The notes under the pieces are model-generated. The model was not told the origin of the DNA. It saw only the letters and a program-made list of their open reading frames with translations, and did no database searches. A stretch of DNA of 64,000 bases, taken from contig JAOAAX010000002.1 in assembly GCA_026418675.1 (NCBI GenBank), positions 76,719 through 140,718 on the forward strand, written 5' to 3'. This document shows positions 30,602 to 40,407 of the stretch, one piece after another (the first letter of the stretch is position 1; each line of letters opens with the position of its first letter). Both the position numbers and the translations under genes were made by a program. Origin of the DNA: Chthoniobacterales bacterium. Its GTDB lineage: Bacteria; Verrucomicrobiota; Verrucomicrobiia; Chthoniobacterales; DYNR01.

Positions 30602-31684
30602 CTAATTTTTTAGGGTGTCGTCTAACTTGGCTAAAAGATCTCGAATAGAATCCTCAGTTTCATCTCCCATATTGGAAATTCGGAAAGTTTTCCCCTTAAG
30701 CTTTCCGTAACCGCCGTCAATCTGCAGGCCATGTCGTTCTCTCAGACGTTTTACCCACGCTGCCACATCAATACCCCGTGTGTTTTCAACACAGGTAAGG
30801 GAAACAGAGCGGTAACCTTCTTGTGCAAAAAAGCCAAAACCATTTTGTTTGACCCATTCGTGAACTAAAGCGTTAGTTTTAGAGTGACGTTGAAAACGTT
30901 TTTCAAGCCCTTCATTTTCAATTTCTTCCAATTTTGAGCGCAAAGCAAAAATGTGGGAAATTGAGGGCGTGCTCGGTGTCATATTTTGCTCAGCATTCTT
31001 TGCAAATTCAAGAAAATCAAAATAATAACCACGCCCCTCCACTTTTGTTGCTCGTTCCATAGCTCTTTCAGAGACAGCGAATAATGCTAACCCTGGTGGT
31101 AGTGCTAATGCTTTTTGGCTTCCGGTGAGCATCACATCAATACCAAGTTCGTCCATTGGAATCCATTGCGTTGAAAAAGAGGAAACAGTATCAACAATAA
31201 ACATTACCTTCGGAAATTTTTTCATTACTTCGGCAATGTCCCATAGTGGGTTTCTCAATCCGCAAGAGGTTTCGTTGTGAATGAGAGTCATTGCATCAAA
31301 ATTATCGGAAGACAAAACTTTTTGAACTTCATCAGGCAAAATTGGTTTTCCCCATTCAACTTGTAACCCAATTGCCTCCCTTCCGCAGCGGCGACTTACA
31401 TCGAACCATTTATCCGAAAAGGCTCCGCACATACAGCAAAGCACTTTTCCTCCAATAGGAACTAAATTTCGAATCGCTCCCTCCATTATTCCCCAAGCAG
31501 AGGAAGTTGAGAGAAAAACTGGCCTCTTAGTTCCAAACAAATTTTGCAACTTTGGCTGAATTTCTCCATAGAGTGCCTTAAAATCTGATCCTCGGTGCCC
31601 AATCATCGGAGTGCAAAATGCCCGAAAAGTTTTTTCTGAAACTTCCGTTGGCCCCGGAATAAACAGCTTTACATGTCCACTCAT
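30602..31684 (-). CDS. class-V PLP-dependent aminotransferase (serine-glyoxylate/AGXT family)
   Basis: N-terminal LFIPGPTEV and a PLP-lysine region TGSQKALALPPGLA. Confidence 0.8.
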   Translation of the reverse strand: MSGHVKLFIPGPTEVSEKTFRAFCTPMIGHRGSDFKALYGEIQPKLQNLFGTKRPVFLSTSSAWGIMEGAIRNLVPIGGKVLCCMCGAFSDKWFDVSRRCGREAIGLQVEWGKPILPDEVQKVLSSDNFDAMTLIHNETSCGLRNPLWDIAEVMKKFPKVMFIVDTVSSFSTQWIPMDELGIDVMLTGSQKALALPPGLALFAVSERAMERATKVEGRGYYFDFLEFAKNAEQNMTPSTPSISHIFALRSKLEEIENEGLEKRFQRHSKTNALVHEWVKQNGFGFFAQEGYRSVSLTCVENTRGIDVAAWVKRLRERHGLQIDGGYGKLKGKTFRISNMGDETEDSIRDLLAKLDDTLKN

Positions 31685-31776
31685 AAACTTAAACCAAAAG
31701 ATTGCTCAACCTAATCAAAAAAAAGAAAAATCCAACCCCTTTTTCTACATTTTGTGCAATTTCTATTCAACATTTC

Positions 31777-31850
31777 TCGGGCCGGCGGGATTTGAACCCA
31801 CGACCTCTAGAACCCCATTCTAGCGCACTACCAAGCTGTGCTACGGCCCG
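31777..31850 (-). tRNA. tRNA-Pro (anticodon GGG)
   Basis: The minus-strand sequence CGGGCCGTAGCACAGCTTGGTAGTGCGCTAGAATGGGGTTCTAGAGGTCGTGGGTTCAAATCCCGCCGGCCCGA folds into a cloverleaf: 7-bp acceptor, 4-bp D, 5-bp anticodon stem with loop AUGGGGU (GGG, G37), and a TTCAAAT T-loop. CCA is not encoded. Confidence 0.92.
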
Positions 31851-31864
31851 TCTTTAGCAATGTT

Positions 31865-31892
31865 ATATTATGAAATTTACTTACCGATGCAA
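31865..31892 (-). promoter_or_regulatory. candidate sigma-70 promoter for tRNA-Pro
   Basis: On the minus strand, TTGCAT-N16-TAATAT ends 14 nt before the tRNA 5' end. Confidence 0.4.
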
Positions 31893-32067
31893 TCTCCTTC
31901 TAAAACAAATCATCCATTCAGTCGAAGGAACAACAACGGAAAATCAACATTTAAATGATAAGCATATCTAAAAAACCGATTTATCCCAATTCAATAAATA
32001 AACCGCAAGCAATCTTGACTCACCAGAAAAAAAGCCATCAATTTCAACCAAAAACATCTTATTCTAA

Positions 32068-32751
32068 ATGAAACGCATTGTTATAACGGGATGCACAAAG
32101 GGTTTAGGGCGTGCTTTGTCTGAATACTTTATTGCTGAAGGCCACGTCGTTTGTGGCTGCGGTAGGAATCTCCGAGAAGTAAACACTCTTTCCAATAAAT
32201 ATCCTTTTCCGCATTTTTTTGCAAAAGTGGATGTCCGTGACGATGCTGCTGTCCACCGTTGGGCGAATCATTGCCTTGAAAAGGGACCGGCCCCCGACCT
32301 TCTCATAAACAACGCCGCAGTAATTGCAAAAAATGCTCCACTCTGGGAGCTTTCAGCAAGTGAAGCTGATGCTGTCTTCGATACCAATATCAAGGGGGTT
32401 GTAAATGTTCTCCGCCACTTCCTACCCTTTATGATTAAGAGGGGCACAGGTGTTGTGGTAAATCTCAGTTCTGGTTGGGGACGTTCAACATCCCCTGAAG
32501 TAGCAACCTACTGCGCGTCGAAATATGCTATCGAAGGTTTAACTGCAGCTCTTGCGCAGGAACTTCCGCAGGGGTTGGCTGCAGTTGCTCTCAATCCAGG
32601 CATAATCAATACAGCTATGCTTCAATCTTGCTTTGGATCCGAAGCCCAAAACTATCCAACACCTGAAATTTGGGTCAAAACTGCTGGACCATTTATACTC
32701 TCCCTCTCTGCACGACATAACGGGAAATCGCTCTCTGTTCCAGCTTATTAA
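32068..32751 (+). CDS. short-chain dehydrogenase/reductase (SDR) family oxidoreductase
   Basis: ITGCTKGLGRAL cofactor motif, NNAA, and catalytic YCASKYA. Confidence 0.8.
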   Translation: MKRIVITGCTKGLGRALSEYFIAEGHVVCGCGRNLREVNTLSNKYPFPHFFAKVDVRDDAAVHRWANHCLEKGPAPDLLINNAAVIAKNAPLWELSASEADAVFDTNIKGVVNVLRHFLPFMIKRGTGVVVNLSSGWGRSTSPEVATYCASKYAIEGLTAALAQELPQGLAAVALNPGIINTAMLQSCFGSEAQNYPTPEIWVKTAGPFILSLSARHNGKSLSVPAY

Positions 32752-32856
32752 AACTCGGATTTATTAGTCCAAAATAAAATTTTTTATTCACAAATTGGTC
32801 TGCAAGTTACATCTATAAAACGTAGATTCTATCCAAAACTTCGGTCCACGTTATTC

Positions 32857-33180
32857 ATGAAACCTCAACTAATCGACTGGGAACAAGTTCAACAAAACCT
32901 ACTGAATATACCCGGCTGGCAAGCAGAAAAATCCCCATCCCCTCATCTCACTCGGACCTTTACTTTCAAAAATTTTGTAGAATCACTCTCTTTTACAAAT
33001 GAAGTAGGAAATTTAGCTGAACAAGTTAACCACCATCCTGATATTTTGATCCGTTGGAACAAGGTTACTCTTTTCCTTTCAACTCACTCTGCCAAAGGTA
33101 TTACCCAACTCGATTTTGACCTGGCATCTAAAATAAATTCCCTTTTCTCTTCCGGATCAGCTAGCCATTCCTCTCCATAA
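32857..33180 (+). CDS. phhB: 4a-hydroxytetrahydrobiopterin (pterin-4a-carbinolamine) dehydratase
   Basis: 107 aa containing HHPDILIRWNKVTLFLSTH, typical of the PCD/DCoH family. Confidence 0.8.
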   Translation: MKPQLIDWEQVQQNLLNIPGWQAEKSPSPHLTRTFTFKNFVESLSFTNEVGNLAEQVNHHPDILIRWNKVTLFLSTHSAKGITQLDFDLASKINSLFSSGSASHSSP

Positions 33181-33255
33181 TTTTTAGAACCAACTAACTC
33201 CTCAATTATTTGATTGAAAATTTCTTATAATTTTTTAAACGGCAACACCTAATCT

Positions 33256-34104
33256 ATGGCTAGGTTTATCCAATTTCAAAAAATGGCAGGCGCTGGTAAT
33301 GATTTTATTCTTCTCGATAACCGGGACGGTTCCATCCCGCTCACAAAAAATCTCATTACTATTTTGTGTGACCGACACAATGGTATTGGGGCGGATGGTG
33401 TCCTCATAGTTGAGCTTCCTGTTAATTCCTCTTCCGATTTTAAAATGCGCTACTTTAACCGTGACGGAAGCGAAGCAGAAATGTGTGGGAATGGTGCCCG
33501 TTGCTTTGCAAAATTTGCTTCCTCCTTACTCCCCTCTGTTCCCGAAAAAATTTCTTTCGATACACTTGCCGGCACTATCCAGGCTAAACTCCTCCCGAGT
33601 GGGGAAGTCGAACTTGCGATGAGTCAACCCCATTCACTCGACGGTCCTTTCCAACTTCACCTTTCAGAAATCATACTTGAAGCGTGGTTTCTCAACACAG
33701 GCGTCCCTCATGTCCTCACTTTCGTAGAGGATCTTTTATCCGTTCCAGTTCAAGAATGGGGATCTGCAATCCGCTACCACCAACGCTTTGCGCCTGCTGG
33801 AACTAATGCCAATTTTATTCAGCAACTCGAACCCTCAAAAATTTTCATCCGAACCTATGAGCGTGGTGTTGAAGCCGAAACATTAGCATGTGGCACTGGC
33901 GCCACTGCTGCAGCACTCATTTACTCGCTCAAATACAACATTCCATCACCAATTTCCGTTCTCGTAAAAAGTGGAGACGTTCTTACTATTCGATTTTCGC
34001 AAACTTCCTCTCCTACATCGCCCTTTAGTGATGTTTCTCTGGCTGGTCCGGCAAAAGTTACTTTTACAGGTGAATTCTTAATTCCAGATAATTTGGTCCA
34101 GTAG
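33256..34104 (+). CDS. dapF: diaminopimelate epimerase
   Basis: F(Q)KMAGAGNDFILLDN, FNRDGSEAEMCGNGARC, and a second catalytic Cys in LACGTGATA. Confidence 0.92.
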   Translation: MARFIQFQKMAGAGNDFILLDNRDGSIPLTKNLITILCDRHNGIGADGVLIVELPVNSSSDFKMRYFNRDGSEAEMCGNGARCFAKFASSLLPSVPEKISFDTLAGTIQAKLLPSGEVELAMSQPHSLDGPFQLHLSEIILEAWFLNTGVPHVLTFVEDLLSVPVQEWGSAIRYHQRFAPAGTNANFIQQLEPSKIFIRTYERGVEAETLACGTGATAAALIYSLKYNIPSPISVLVKSGDVLTIRFSQTSSPTSPFSDVSLAGPAKVTFTGEFLIPDNLVQ

Positions 34105-34154
34105 AATAATTTGCACATCTACAAAATTCCTCTTTTCCCTAAAATTGTTTTTGC

Positions 34155-35051
34155 ATGAACACATATCTCGACTTCTCAGGCGTTCACACTGCACTTGCAA
34201 CTCCATTCCTAAATGGGAAATTGGATGTAGAATCGTTCCACAGACTCATAGATTTTCAAATTTCCTCGGGTATCAATGGCATCGTTCCAGTTGGCACAAC
34301 AGGCGAGTCTCCAACTCTCTCCCACGAGGAACACATCGAAGTTATCCGTTTGGCTATTGAATTCGCAGGAGGCCGCTGTTTGGTGATTGCTGGAACAGGT
34401 TCCAATAGCACCGACGAGGCAATCTATCTTACACACAAGGCACAAGAACTTGGAGCTAACGCTGTCCTCCTTGTTGCTCCTTACTATAACCGTCCAACTC
34501 AGGAAGGACTCTACCTTCACTTCCGTGAAATTGCTAAGGCCACTCATCTCCCGGTTGTTCTCTATAGCATTCCTGGCCGATGTGGTGTCGAAATTGCTAT
34601 TCCTACAATTCAACGCCTCCATGAAGATTGCCCAAACATCTATTGCCTCAAAGAGGCTGGCGGCTCAGTTGAGCGCATGAATCAACTCCGCCATGCTCTA
34701 CCTTCTTCCTTTCAGCTCCTTTCTGGTGACGATTCCCTCACACTCCCTTTCCTTTGCACGGGTGCTATTGGAGTAATTAGTGTTGCTTCAAACCTCATTC
34801 CTGCCGAAGTTCTCGAAATGGTAAATGCCTGGAATGCAGGCGATGGACTACGCGCAGCCCAGCTGCACCAGCGCCTCTATCCCCTCTTTCGAGACCTTTT
34901 CATAGAAACTAACCCCGTTCCGATCAAATTTGCCCTTGCAAAAAAGGGGCTTATCGCCTCTCCCGAAGTCCGCTTACCGCTTGCTCCTTTAAGTCAGCTT
35001 TCCGCTGAAAAACTCACAGCTACCCTCACTTGTCTCGATAGCCAAACTTAA
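34155..35051 (+). CDS. dapA: 4-hydroxy-tetrahydrodipicolinate synthase
   Basis: ALATPF...GIVPVGTTGESPTLSHEEH, YNRPTQEGLYLHF and LKEAGG. Confidence 0.93.
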   Translation: MNTYLDFSGVHTALATPFLNGKLDVESFHRLIDFQISSGINGIVPVGTTGESPTLSHEEHIEVIRLAIEFAGGRCLVIAGTGSNSTDEAIYLTHKAQELGANAVLLVAPYYNRPTQEGLYLHFREIAKATHLPVVLYSIPGRCGVEIAIPTIQRLHEDCPNIYCLKEAGGSVERMNQLRHALPSSFQLLSGDDSLTLPFLCTGAIGVISVASNLIPAEVLEMVNAWNAGDGLRAAQLHQRLYPLFRDLFIETNPVPIKFALAKKGLIASPEVRLPLAPLSQLSAEKLTATLTCLDSQT

Positions 35052-35077
35052 TTACTCCTTTCTCTCTAGTATTACTG

Positions 35078-35821
35078 ATGCAAAAGTCTAAAATCCTTAT
35101 CAATGGAGCAAAAGGGCGAATGGGACAAGCTCTTCTCGCTTGTGCTTCCTCGCATCCTACCCTCGAAATAATCGCAGCCGCAGACCTTGGAGACGATCTC
35201 AACTCATTACTTCCACTTGCAGATTGCGTCATTGACTTTTCCCATCCTAGTGCAACAGCAACCATTGTTTCTCTTTGCCTAAGCCACAGAAAACGCCTCG
35301 TTATCGGAACCACAGGCCAGTGCGAAAATGACCTCTCCTTAATTCGTTCCGCTGCAGAGTCTATCCCAATCGTTCTCTCACCGAATTTTAGCACAGGAGT
35401 AAACCTCCTCTTTTGGCTATCCAAAGTCACAGCTCAAACCCTGGGTGCTGACTTTGACATCGAGATCGTGGAAATGCACCATCGCCTCAAGAAAGATGCT
35501 CCAAGTGGAACAGCAGCTAAACTCCTCCAAATCTTGGCTCAAGCTCGAAACCTCAATCCTTCTGATGTTTCCTGCTACGGCCGTTCAGGAATCACAGGTG
35601 AACGTTCTTCCTCAGAAATTGGAGTTCATGCGATTCGTGGTGGGGACGTCGTCGGCGACCACACGGTAATTTTCGCCACACAAGGGGAACGCCTTGAACT
35701 CGTTCACAAAGCCTCCAACCGCCATACTTTTGCAAATGGTGCTCTGCGCGCCGCAGCCTGGCTCGCCGACAAGCCTCCTGGCCTCTACGATATGCTCGAC
35801 GTGCTCGGTCTCCCAAGGTGA
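35078..35821 (+). CDS. dapB: 4-hydroxy-tetrahydrodipicolinate reductase
   Basis: INGAKGRMGQAL N-terminus and EIVEMHHRLKKDAPSGTA. Confidence 0.9.
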   Translation: MQKSKILINGAKGRMGQALLACASSHPTLEIIAAADLGDDLNSLLPLADCVIDFSHPSATATIVSLCLSHRKRLVIGTTGQCENDLSLIRSAAESIPIVLSPNFSTGVNLLFWLSKVTAQTLGADFDIEIVEMHHRLKKDAPSGTAAKLLQILAQARNLNPSDVSCYGRSGITGERSSSEIGVHAIRGGDVVGDHTVIFATQGERLELVHKASNRHTFANGALRAAAWLADKPPGLYDMLDVLGLPR

Positions 35822-36381
35822 TTCCCGAAATTACTAATCCACCGCTTTATCCGCTACCAATTGCGCTCGGACTCGGTTCAAACCTCGGGGATCGCCACCA
35901 AATTCTCGCTTCCGCCTGCAAATTAATTGCCACTTACCTCCACAACGATCAGGAAAAATTCCCTCGTTTCAGTTCCATTTACGAATCCGCTCCAATTAAT
36001 TGCCCTCCAAATTCACCCAGCTTTTACAATATGGTGGCTCTTGTCCACTCCAAACAACCTGTTGGGAAAATATTTAACTGGATTCGCTCCATAGAAACTG
36101 CCTTTGGTCGTCCCCTCTCTCGGCCAAAAAACGAACCAAGAATACTTGACTTAGACATCCTTTTTTATGGGAATTATCGAATTGAATCTGATCAAATCCA
36201 AATTCCTCACCCTCATATCCTAGATCGTGCTTTTGTCCTCGTTCCACTTCTTGAAATCATGCCCGACCTCACCCTTCCATATTACTCGCATGACCTTCCA
36301 ACTGTTGCTGCTCGCTTAGTTGCCTCTCAGAGCTTGCAAATAGTGGGTAAATTTAATTTTTCTGACCAAGATGTCCACTAG
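35818..36381 (+). CDS. folK: 2-amino-4-hydroxy-6-hydroxymethyldihydropteridine pyrophosphokinase
   Basis: ALGLGSNLGDR, RILDLDILFYG and IPHPHILDRAFVLVPL. The GTG start overlaps the dapB stop (GTGA). Confidence 0.85.
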   Translation: MIPEITNPPLYPLPIALGLGSNLGDRHQILASACKLIATYLHNDQEKFPRFSSIYESAPINCPPNSPSFYNMVALVHSKQPVGKIFNWIRSIETAFGRPLSRPKNEPRILDLDILFYGNYRIESDQIQIPHPHILDRAFVLVPLLEIMPDLTLPYYSHDLPTVAARLVASQSLQIVGKFNFSDQDVH

Positions 36382-37186
36382 TGTGTTACAATCCTGCTCT
36401 CACTTTTTAAGCTCTCCCACCGAAAAAATCGCCCTCATCCATCAAAAAAGATCAACCCGCATTCCAATAACTGCTCTCACTGCCTACTCTTATCCGTGGG
36501 CACGTCTTCTCGACCAATGTGAACTAGACCTTATCCTCGTTGGCGATTCCTTAGGAATGGTGGAGCATGGCCGCCCCAACACTGTTACCGTTACGCTCGA
36601 GGAAATGCTTTACCACACTCGCAGTGTTCGTCCTGCTGTCAAAAATGCTCTCCTCGTTGCAGATCTTCCTTACGGCACATACGAATCACCTCACGATGCC
36701 CTCCAAAATGCCAGCCAGCTTATTCATGCTGGTGCCGATGCAGTAAAACTCGAAGGAGGCTCAGAAATTGCCCCGCAAATTCAAACCCTCATCAAGAATG
36801 AAATCCCTGTCCTTGGCCACCTTGGTATGTTGCCACAGCGAATACTCCAAGAGGGACGCTACCGCATCAAAGGCCGAACTCCCGAAGAACGTTCTCAACT
36901 CGTTTCCGACGCCAATCTCTTGCAAAATCTCGGTGTATTCGCAATCGTCCTCGAACTCGTCACTCCTGAATTAGCTGACGAAATAACAAAGGCCCTTTCT
37001 ATCCCCACTATTGGGATTGGTAGCGGCCCAAACTGTGCCGGGCAAATCCTCGTTACCTACGACCTCCTCGGCTTTACTCCCTGGTTTTGCCCCTCTTTCG
37101 TCACTCCCAAAGCCAATCTCGCTGAAACTATCCAACAAGTAGTCAAGAATTTCGTCAGTGAGACAAAAAGCTATTCTTATCTTTAA
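36371..37186 (+). CDS. panB: 3-methyl-2-oxobutanoate hydroxymethyltransferase
   Basis: LTAYSYPWARLLD...LVGDSLGMV and ADAVKLEGG. Confidence 0.9.
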   Translation: MSTSVLQSCSHFLSSPTEKIALIHQKRSTRIPITALTAYSYPWARLLDQCELDLILVGDSLGMVEHGRPNTVTVTLEEMLYHTRSVRPAVKNALLVADLPYGTYESPHDALQNASQLIHAGADAVKLEGGSEIAPQIQTLIKNEIPVLGHLGMLPQRILQEGRYRIKGRTPEERSQLVSDANLLQNLGVFAIVLELVTPELADEITKALSIPTIGIGSGPNCAGQILVTYDLLGFTPWFCPSFVTPKANLAETIQQVVKNFVSETKSYSYL

Positions 37187-38278
37187 TTGAATTCCTTTCA
37201 CAAGGAAACTCTTCGCCAGCTAGCAGCAGACAACGGTTTTCCAATCTTTGGAGTAGCCGTTGCTCAACCAGCTCCCCATTCATCCTATTTCCATCACTGG
37301 TTGCTTGCAGGCCATCATGCAGACATGGCTTGGCTCTACAGAACACGTCATCTCAGGACGAATCCAGATAAGTTACTCCATAACCCAAAATCAATTATCG
37401 CCCTAGGGATCCCTTATTTTCAGGGAAGACAAACACAACCAGCTTCATTTGCCTCGCCTCAGTGCTCCCAAAATTACGCAACTGGCCAAATTGCCCGTTT
37501 TGCTTGGGGAATTGATTATCATGAAACTATACCGCCGAAGCTGCGGCCTATTCTCCACAAAATCCAAGAGTGGGGTTATTCCGCTCGTTTGTTCTGCGAC
37601 TCGTCACCGCTTCTCGAGCGCGATTATGCTCTACTTGCTGGTATTGGGTGGCAGGGCAAGAGCACTATGATCCTCAACAGAAAATATGGGAAATGGATTC
37701 TTTTATCTTTTATAATTACAGACCTACCACTTCCGCCAGATACGCCAGCGAAAAACTACTGTGGTTCCTGCCAGCGTTGCCTTCTTGCGTGCCCAACTCG
37801 TGCAATTAGCGAGCCTTACCACCTCGATGCACGCCGTTGTATTTCCTACCTAACGATCGAAAACAAAGGTCCTATCCCTATTTACTTCCGCGAAGCTATC
37901 TCCAACCGAATTTTCGGTTGTGATGCTTGCTTGGAAGTTTGTCCTTGGAACCGCTTCGCTCAGGCTGCTAGCGAAACTGCTTTCTATGCCAATCAGCATC
38001 TCCTAGAACTTCCACTGCGTTTTTACCTTACTCTCGATGAGGCCAAGTTCCTTTCAATTTTTTCCCGTTCACCTATCAGACGAATTGGCCTTCTTCGCAT
38101 GCAAAGGAATGTCTGCATTGCTTTAGGTAACGTTGGAACAGCCGACGATATTCCAACTCTCTCTAGCTTTGCTTCCGTGCAGAACGATTGGCTTCGGGAG
38201 CATGCACTTTGGGCCCTTGAAAAAATCCAAAGCCGCTTCTTAAACCCAAAGCCACAAACCTCTTTTATCCTTACTTAG
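37187..38278 (+). CDS. queG: epoxyqueuosine reductase
   Basis: Two ferredoxin-type clusters (CGSCQRCLLACPTRAI and FGCDACLEVCPWNRF) and a HEAT-like C-terminus. The TTG start directly abuts the panB stop. Confidence 0.88.
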   Translation: MNSFHKETLRQLAADNGFPIFGVAVAQPAPHSSYFHHWLLAGHHADMAWLYRTRHLRTNPDKLLHNPKSIIALGIPYFQGRQTQPASFASPQCSQNYATGQIARFAWGIDYHETIPPKLRPILHKIQEWGYSARLFCDSSPLLERDYALLAGIGWQGKSTMILNRKYGKWILLSFIITDLPLPPDTPAKNYCGSCQRCLLACPTRAISEPYHLDARRCISYLTIENKGPIPIYFREAISNRIFGCDACLEVCPWNRFAQAASETAFYANQHLLELPLRFYLTLDEAKFLSIFSRSPIRRIGLLRMQRNVCIALGNVGTADDIPTLSSFASVQNDWLREHALWALEKIQSRFLNPKPQTSFILT

Positions 38279-38323
38279 AGACTCTTATTTTCACTACATT
38301 AAAATGATTTTCTCCCGCACACC

Positions 38324-39130
38324 TTGGTAAGCATCACATGCAATTCATTTGAGGATTGGCGTAATGCTGCAAAGCGATTGCTCATCTTACGCATTCCGCC
38401 GCATCAGACAAATTGGCTGCTAGAGGCGCAGCAGCCCCTCTTCCCAACACTCGAAAAATTTCTTTCACAGAAGAACTTCAAAACTTCGGATAGCCCACGC
38501 TTCCTTCTTCCCAAAAGATTTCTCGATCTTGCTCAAAAAGTTGCTGCTCATACTGCCCCCGAGCGATGGATCACGCTATACAGCCTTGCTTGGAGATTGA
38601 TCATCGAAGGGGAAACGCATTTGTTACAAAAAACTTCTGACCTTGATGTCCGAAAAGCAACCCTTTGGGCAAAAGCTGTGGGGCGCGAAATTCATAAAAT
38701 GCACGCTTTCCTTCGCTTCCGTTCACTCGGGATCAATTCTGATACCAAACGTGAGCAATTTGTTGCATGGTTCGAACCGCAGTTCAACATCCTCCGCCTT
38801 GCAGCACCATTTTTTGTCCAAAGATTTTCCTCAATGGAGTGGGCTATCCTGACTCCAAAGGAGTGCGCTATATGGGACGGCAATTGCCTTAAATTTACTA
38901 CCAGTTCATCCATTTTTTCTTCTACCACTACCGATGATTTTGAGCAAGCTTGGCAAGTTTACTATCGCAGCATTTTTAATCCTGCACGTGTCAACTGCAG
39001 TGCGATGCTCAAAGAAATGCCTCGAAAGTTTTGGAAAAACCTTCCTGAAGCTTCGGTTATTTCCGACCTACTTCTCAACCCCACGGAATCCACAAAACAA
39101 AAGCGCACGCTTACTAAAAAAATTACTTAG
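38324..39130 (+). CDS. DUF4130 / TIGR03915-like putative DNA-metabolism protein (stand-alone)
   Basis: The core AVGREIHKMHAFLRFRS...FVAWFEPQFNILRLAAPFFVQRFSSMEWAILTP fits my recollection of the family pattern (rE.h....FlRF...yfA..eP.ynvL.l....F..RF....W.I.d). TTG start. Confidence 0.6.
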   Translation: MVSITCNSFEDWRNAAKRLLILRIPPHQTNWLLEAQQPLFPTLEKFLSQKNFKTSDSPRFLLPKRFLDLAQKVAAHTAPERWITLYSLAWRLIIEGETHLLQKTSDLDVRKATLWAKAVGREIHKMHAFLRFRSLGINSDTKREQFVAWFEPQFNILRLAAPFFVQRFSSMEWAILTPKECAIWDGNCLKFTTSSSIFSSTTTDDFEQAWQVYYRSIFNPARVNCSAMLKEMPRKFWKNLPEASVISDLLLNPTESTKQKRTLTKKIT

Positions 39131-40327
39131 ATGACAAAAAAATCTTTTTTAATTATCGGTGCGGGGCTTGTAGGCCTTGGAACTGCATATGCCCTCATTC
39201 GTCGTTTTCCCAGAGCAAAAATAGTTGTTCTTGAAAAAGAGCCGCAACCCGGTGCTCATCAAAGCACCCACAATAGCGGAGTCCTCCACGCCGGTCTTTA
39301 CTACAAGCCTGGTTCTCTGAAAGCTCGTCTTGCTGTCGAAGGTATCCGCCAAATGACTGCATTTTGTCAACAGGCAGACATACCCCATGAAATCTGTGGG
39401 AAACTCGTTGTAGCTACGACCGATGATGAAATTTTACGTTTGAAAGACCTCTTCAATCGTGGGCAAGCCAACGGACTTTCCGGATTGCGAATACTCGACA
39501 GGGACCAGCTCCGCCAAATCGAGCCGCACTGTAACGGAATTGCTGCACTCCATGTTCCTGAGGAAGGAATCGTTGATTACACAGCCGTCGTTCAACAACT
39601 GGTTAAACAGCTCGAATCGCAAGGAGTTTCAATCTTGACAAGTTTTCATGTTGTAAAAATCGAAAGGCGGCTTGCTGGTTGGATTCTTCATGCAGGAAAC
39701 GGCAACTTTACCACTGGCGATTTCCTCATCAATTGTGCAGGTCTCTATTCCGATCGTATTGCAAGACTGGCTGGAAAAAAAACATCAACTCGTATCATCC
39801 CATTCCGTGGCGAATACTACAAACTATCCCCGTCCGCTGCGCACTTAGTCCGCAACCTGATTTATCCAGTTCCTCATCCGGCCTTTCCTTTCCTTGGAGT
39901 TCATTTTACTCGACTTATCCACGGAGGTATCGAGGCTGGTCCTAATGCTGTTCTTGCCCTTGCACGCGAGGGATATTCCAAAAATGACTTCAATCTTGCT
40001 GATGCTTTCGAAACGCTCACTTTTCCAGGTCTCCTAAATTTCCTTAGAAAATACCCCCGCATGTGTTGGGGTGAATTATCCTCTTCCTTCAGCAAAAAAG
40101 TCTTTTGTCGTTCCTTGCAAAAACTTGTCCCGGAAATCTGCGAGGAGCATCTCCTCCCGGGTGGAGCGGGAATTCGTGCTCAAGCTATGCTCCCCGATGG
40201 AACTTTAGTTCAGGATTTCGACATCCTCAATAGCCCGGATTCCATTCACGTCCTGAATGCTCCAAGCCCGGCTGCCACAGCTTCCCTCGCAATCGGTTCC
40301 CACATCGCATCTTTAATTCAGGGTTAA
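39131..40327 (+). CDS. lhgO: FAD-dependent L-2-hydroxyglutarate oxidase-like oxidoreductase
   Basis: IIGAGLVGLGTAYAL dinucleotide fold and HQSTHNSGVLHAGLYYKPGSLKA, typical of LhgO/YgaF. The ATG abuts the upstream stop. Confidence 0.8.
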   Translation: MTKKSFLIIGAGLVGLGTAYALIRRFPRAKIVVLEKEPQPGAHQSTHNSGVLHAGLYYKPGSLKARLAVEGIRQMTAFCQQADIPHEICGKLVVATTDDEILRLKDLFNRGQANGLSGLRILDRDQLRQIEPHCNGIAALHVPEEGIVDYTAVVQQLVKQLESQGVSILTSFHVVKIERRLAGWILHAGNGNFTTGDFLINCAGLYSDRIARLAGKKTSTRIIPFRGEYYKLSPSAAHLVRNLIYPVPHPAFPFLGVHFTRLIHGGIEAGPNAVLALAREGYSKNDFNLADAFETLTFPGLLNFLRKYPRMCWGELSSSFSKKVFCRSLQKLVPEICEEHLLPGGAGIRAQAMLPDGTLVQDFDILNSPDSIHVLNAPSPAATASLAIGSHIASLIQG

Positions 40328-40407
40328 GTTTTCTCTTTTCCTTACCTCTATTCTTTTCCTATTAGTCTTCTTTTTGCCTCTTATTTTAGGCTTTGCCAAT
40401 CCATCAA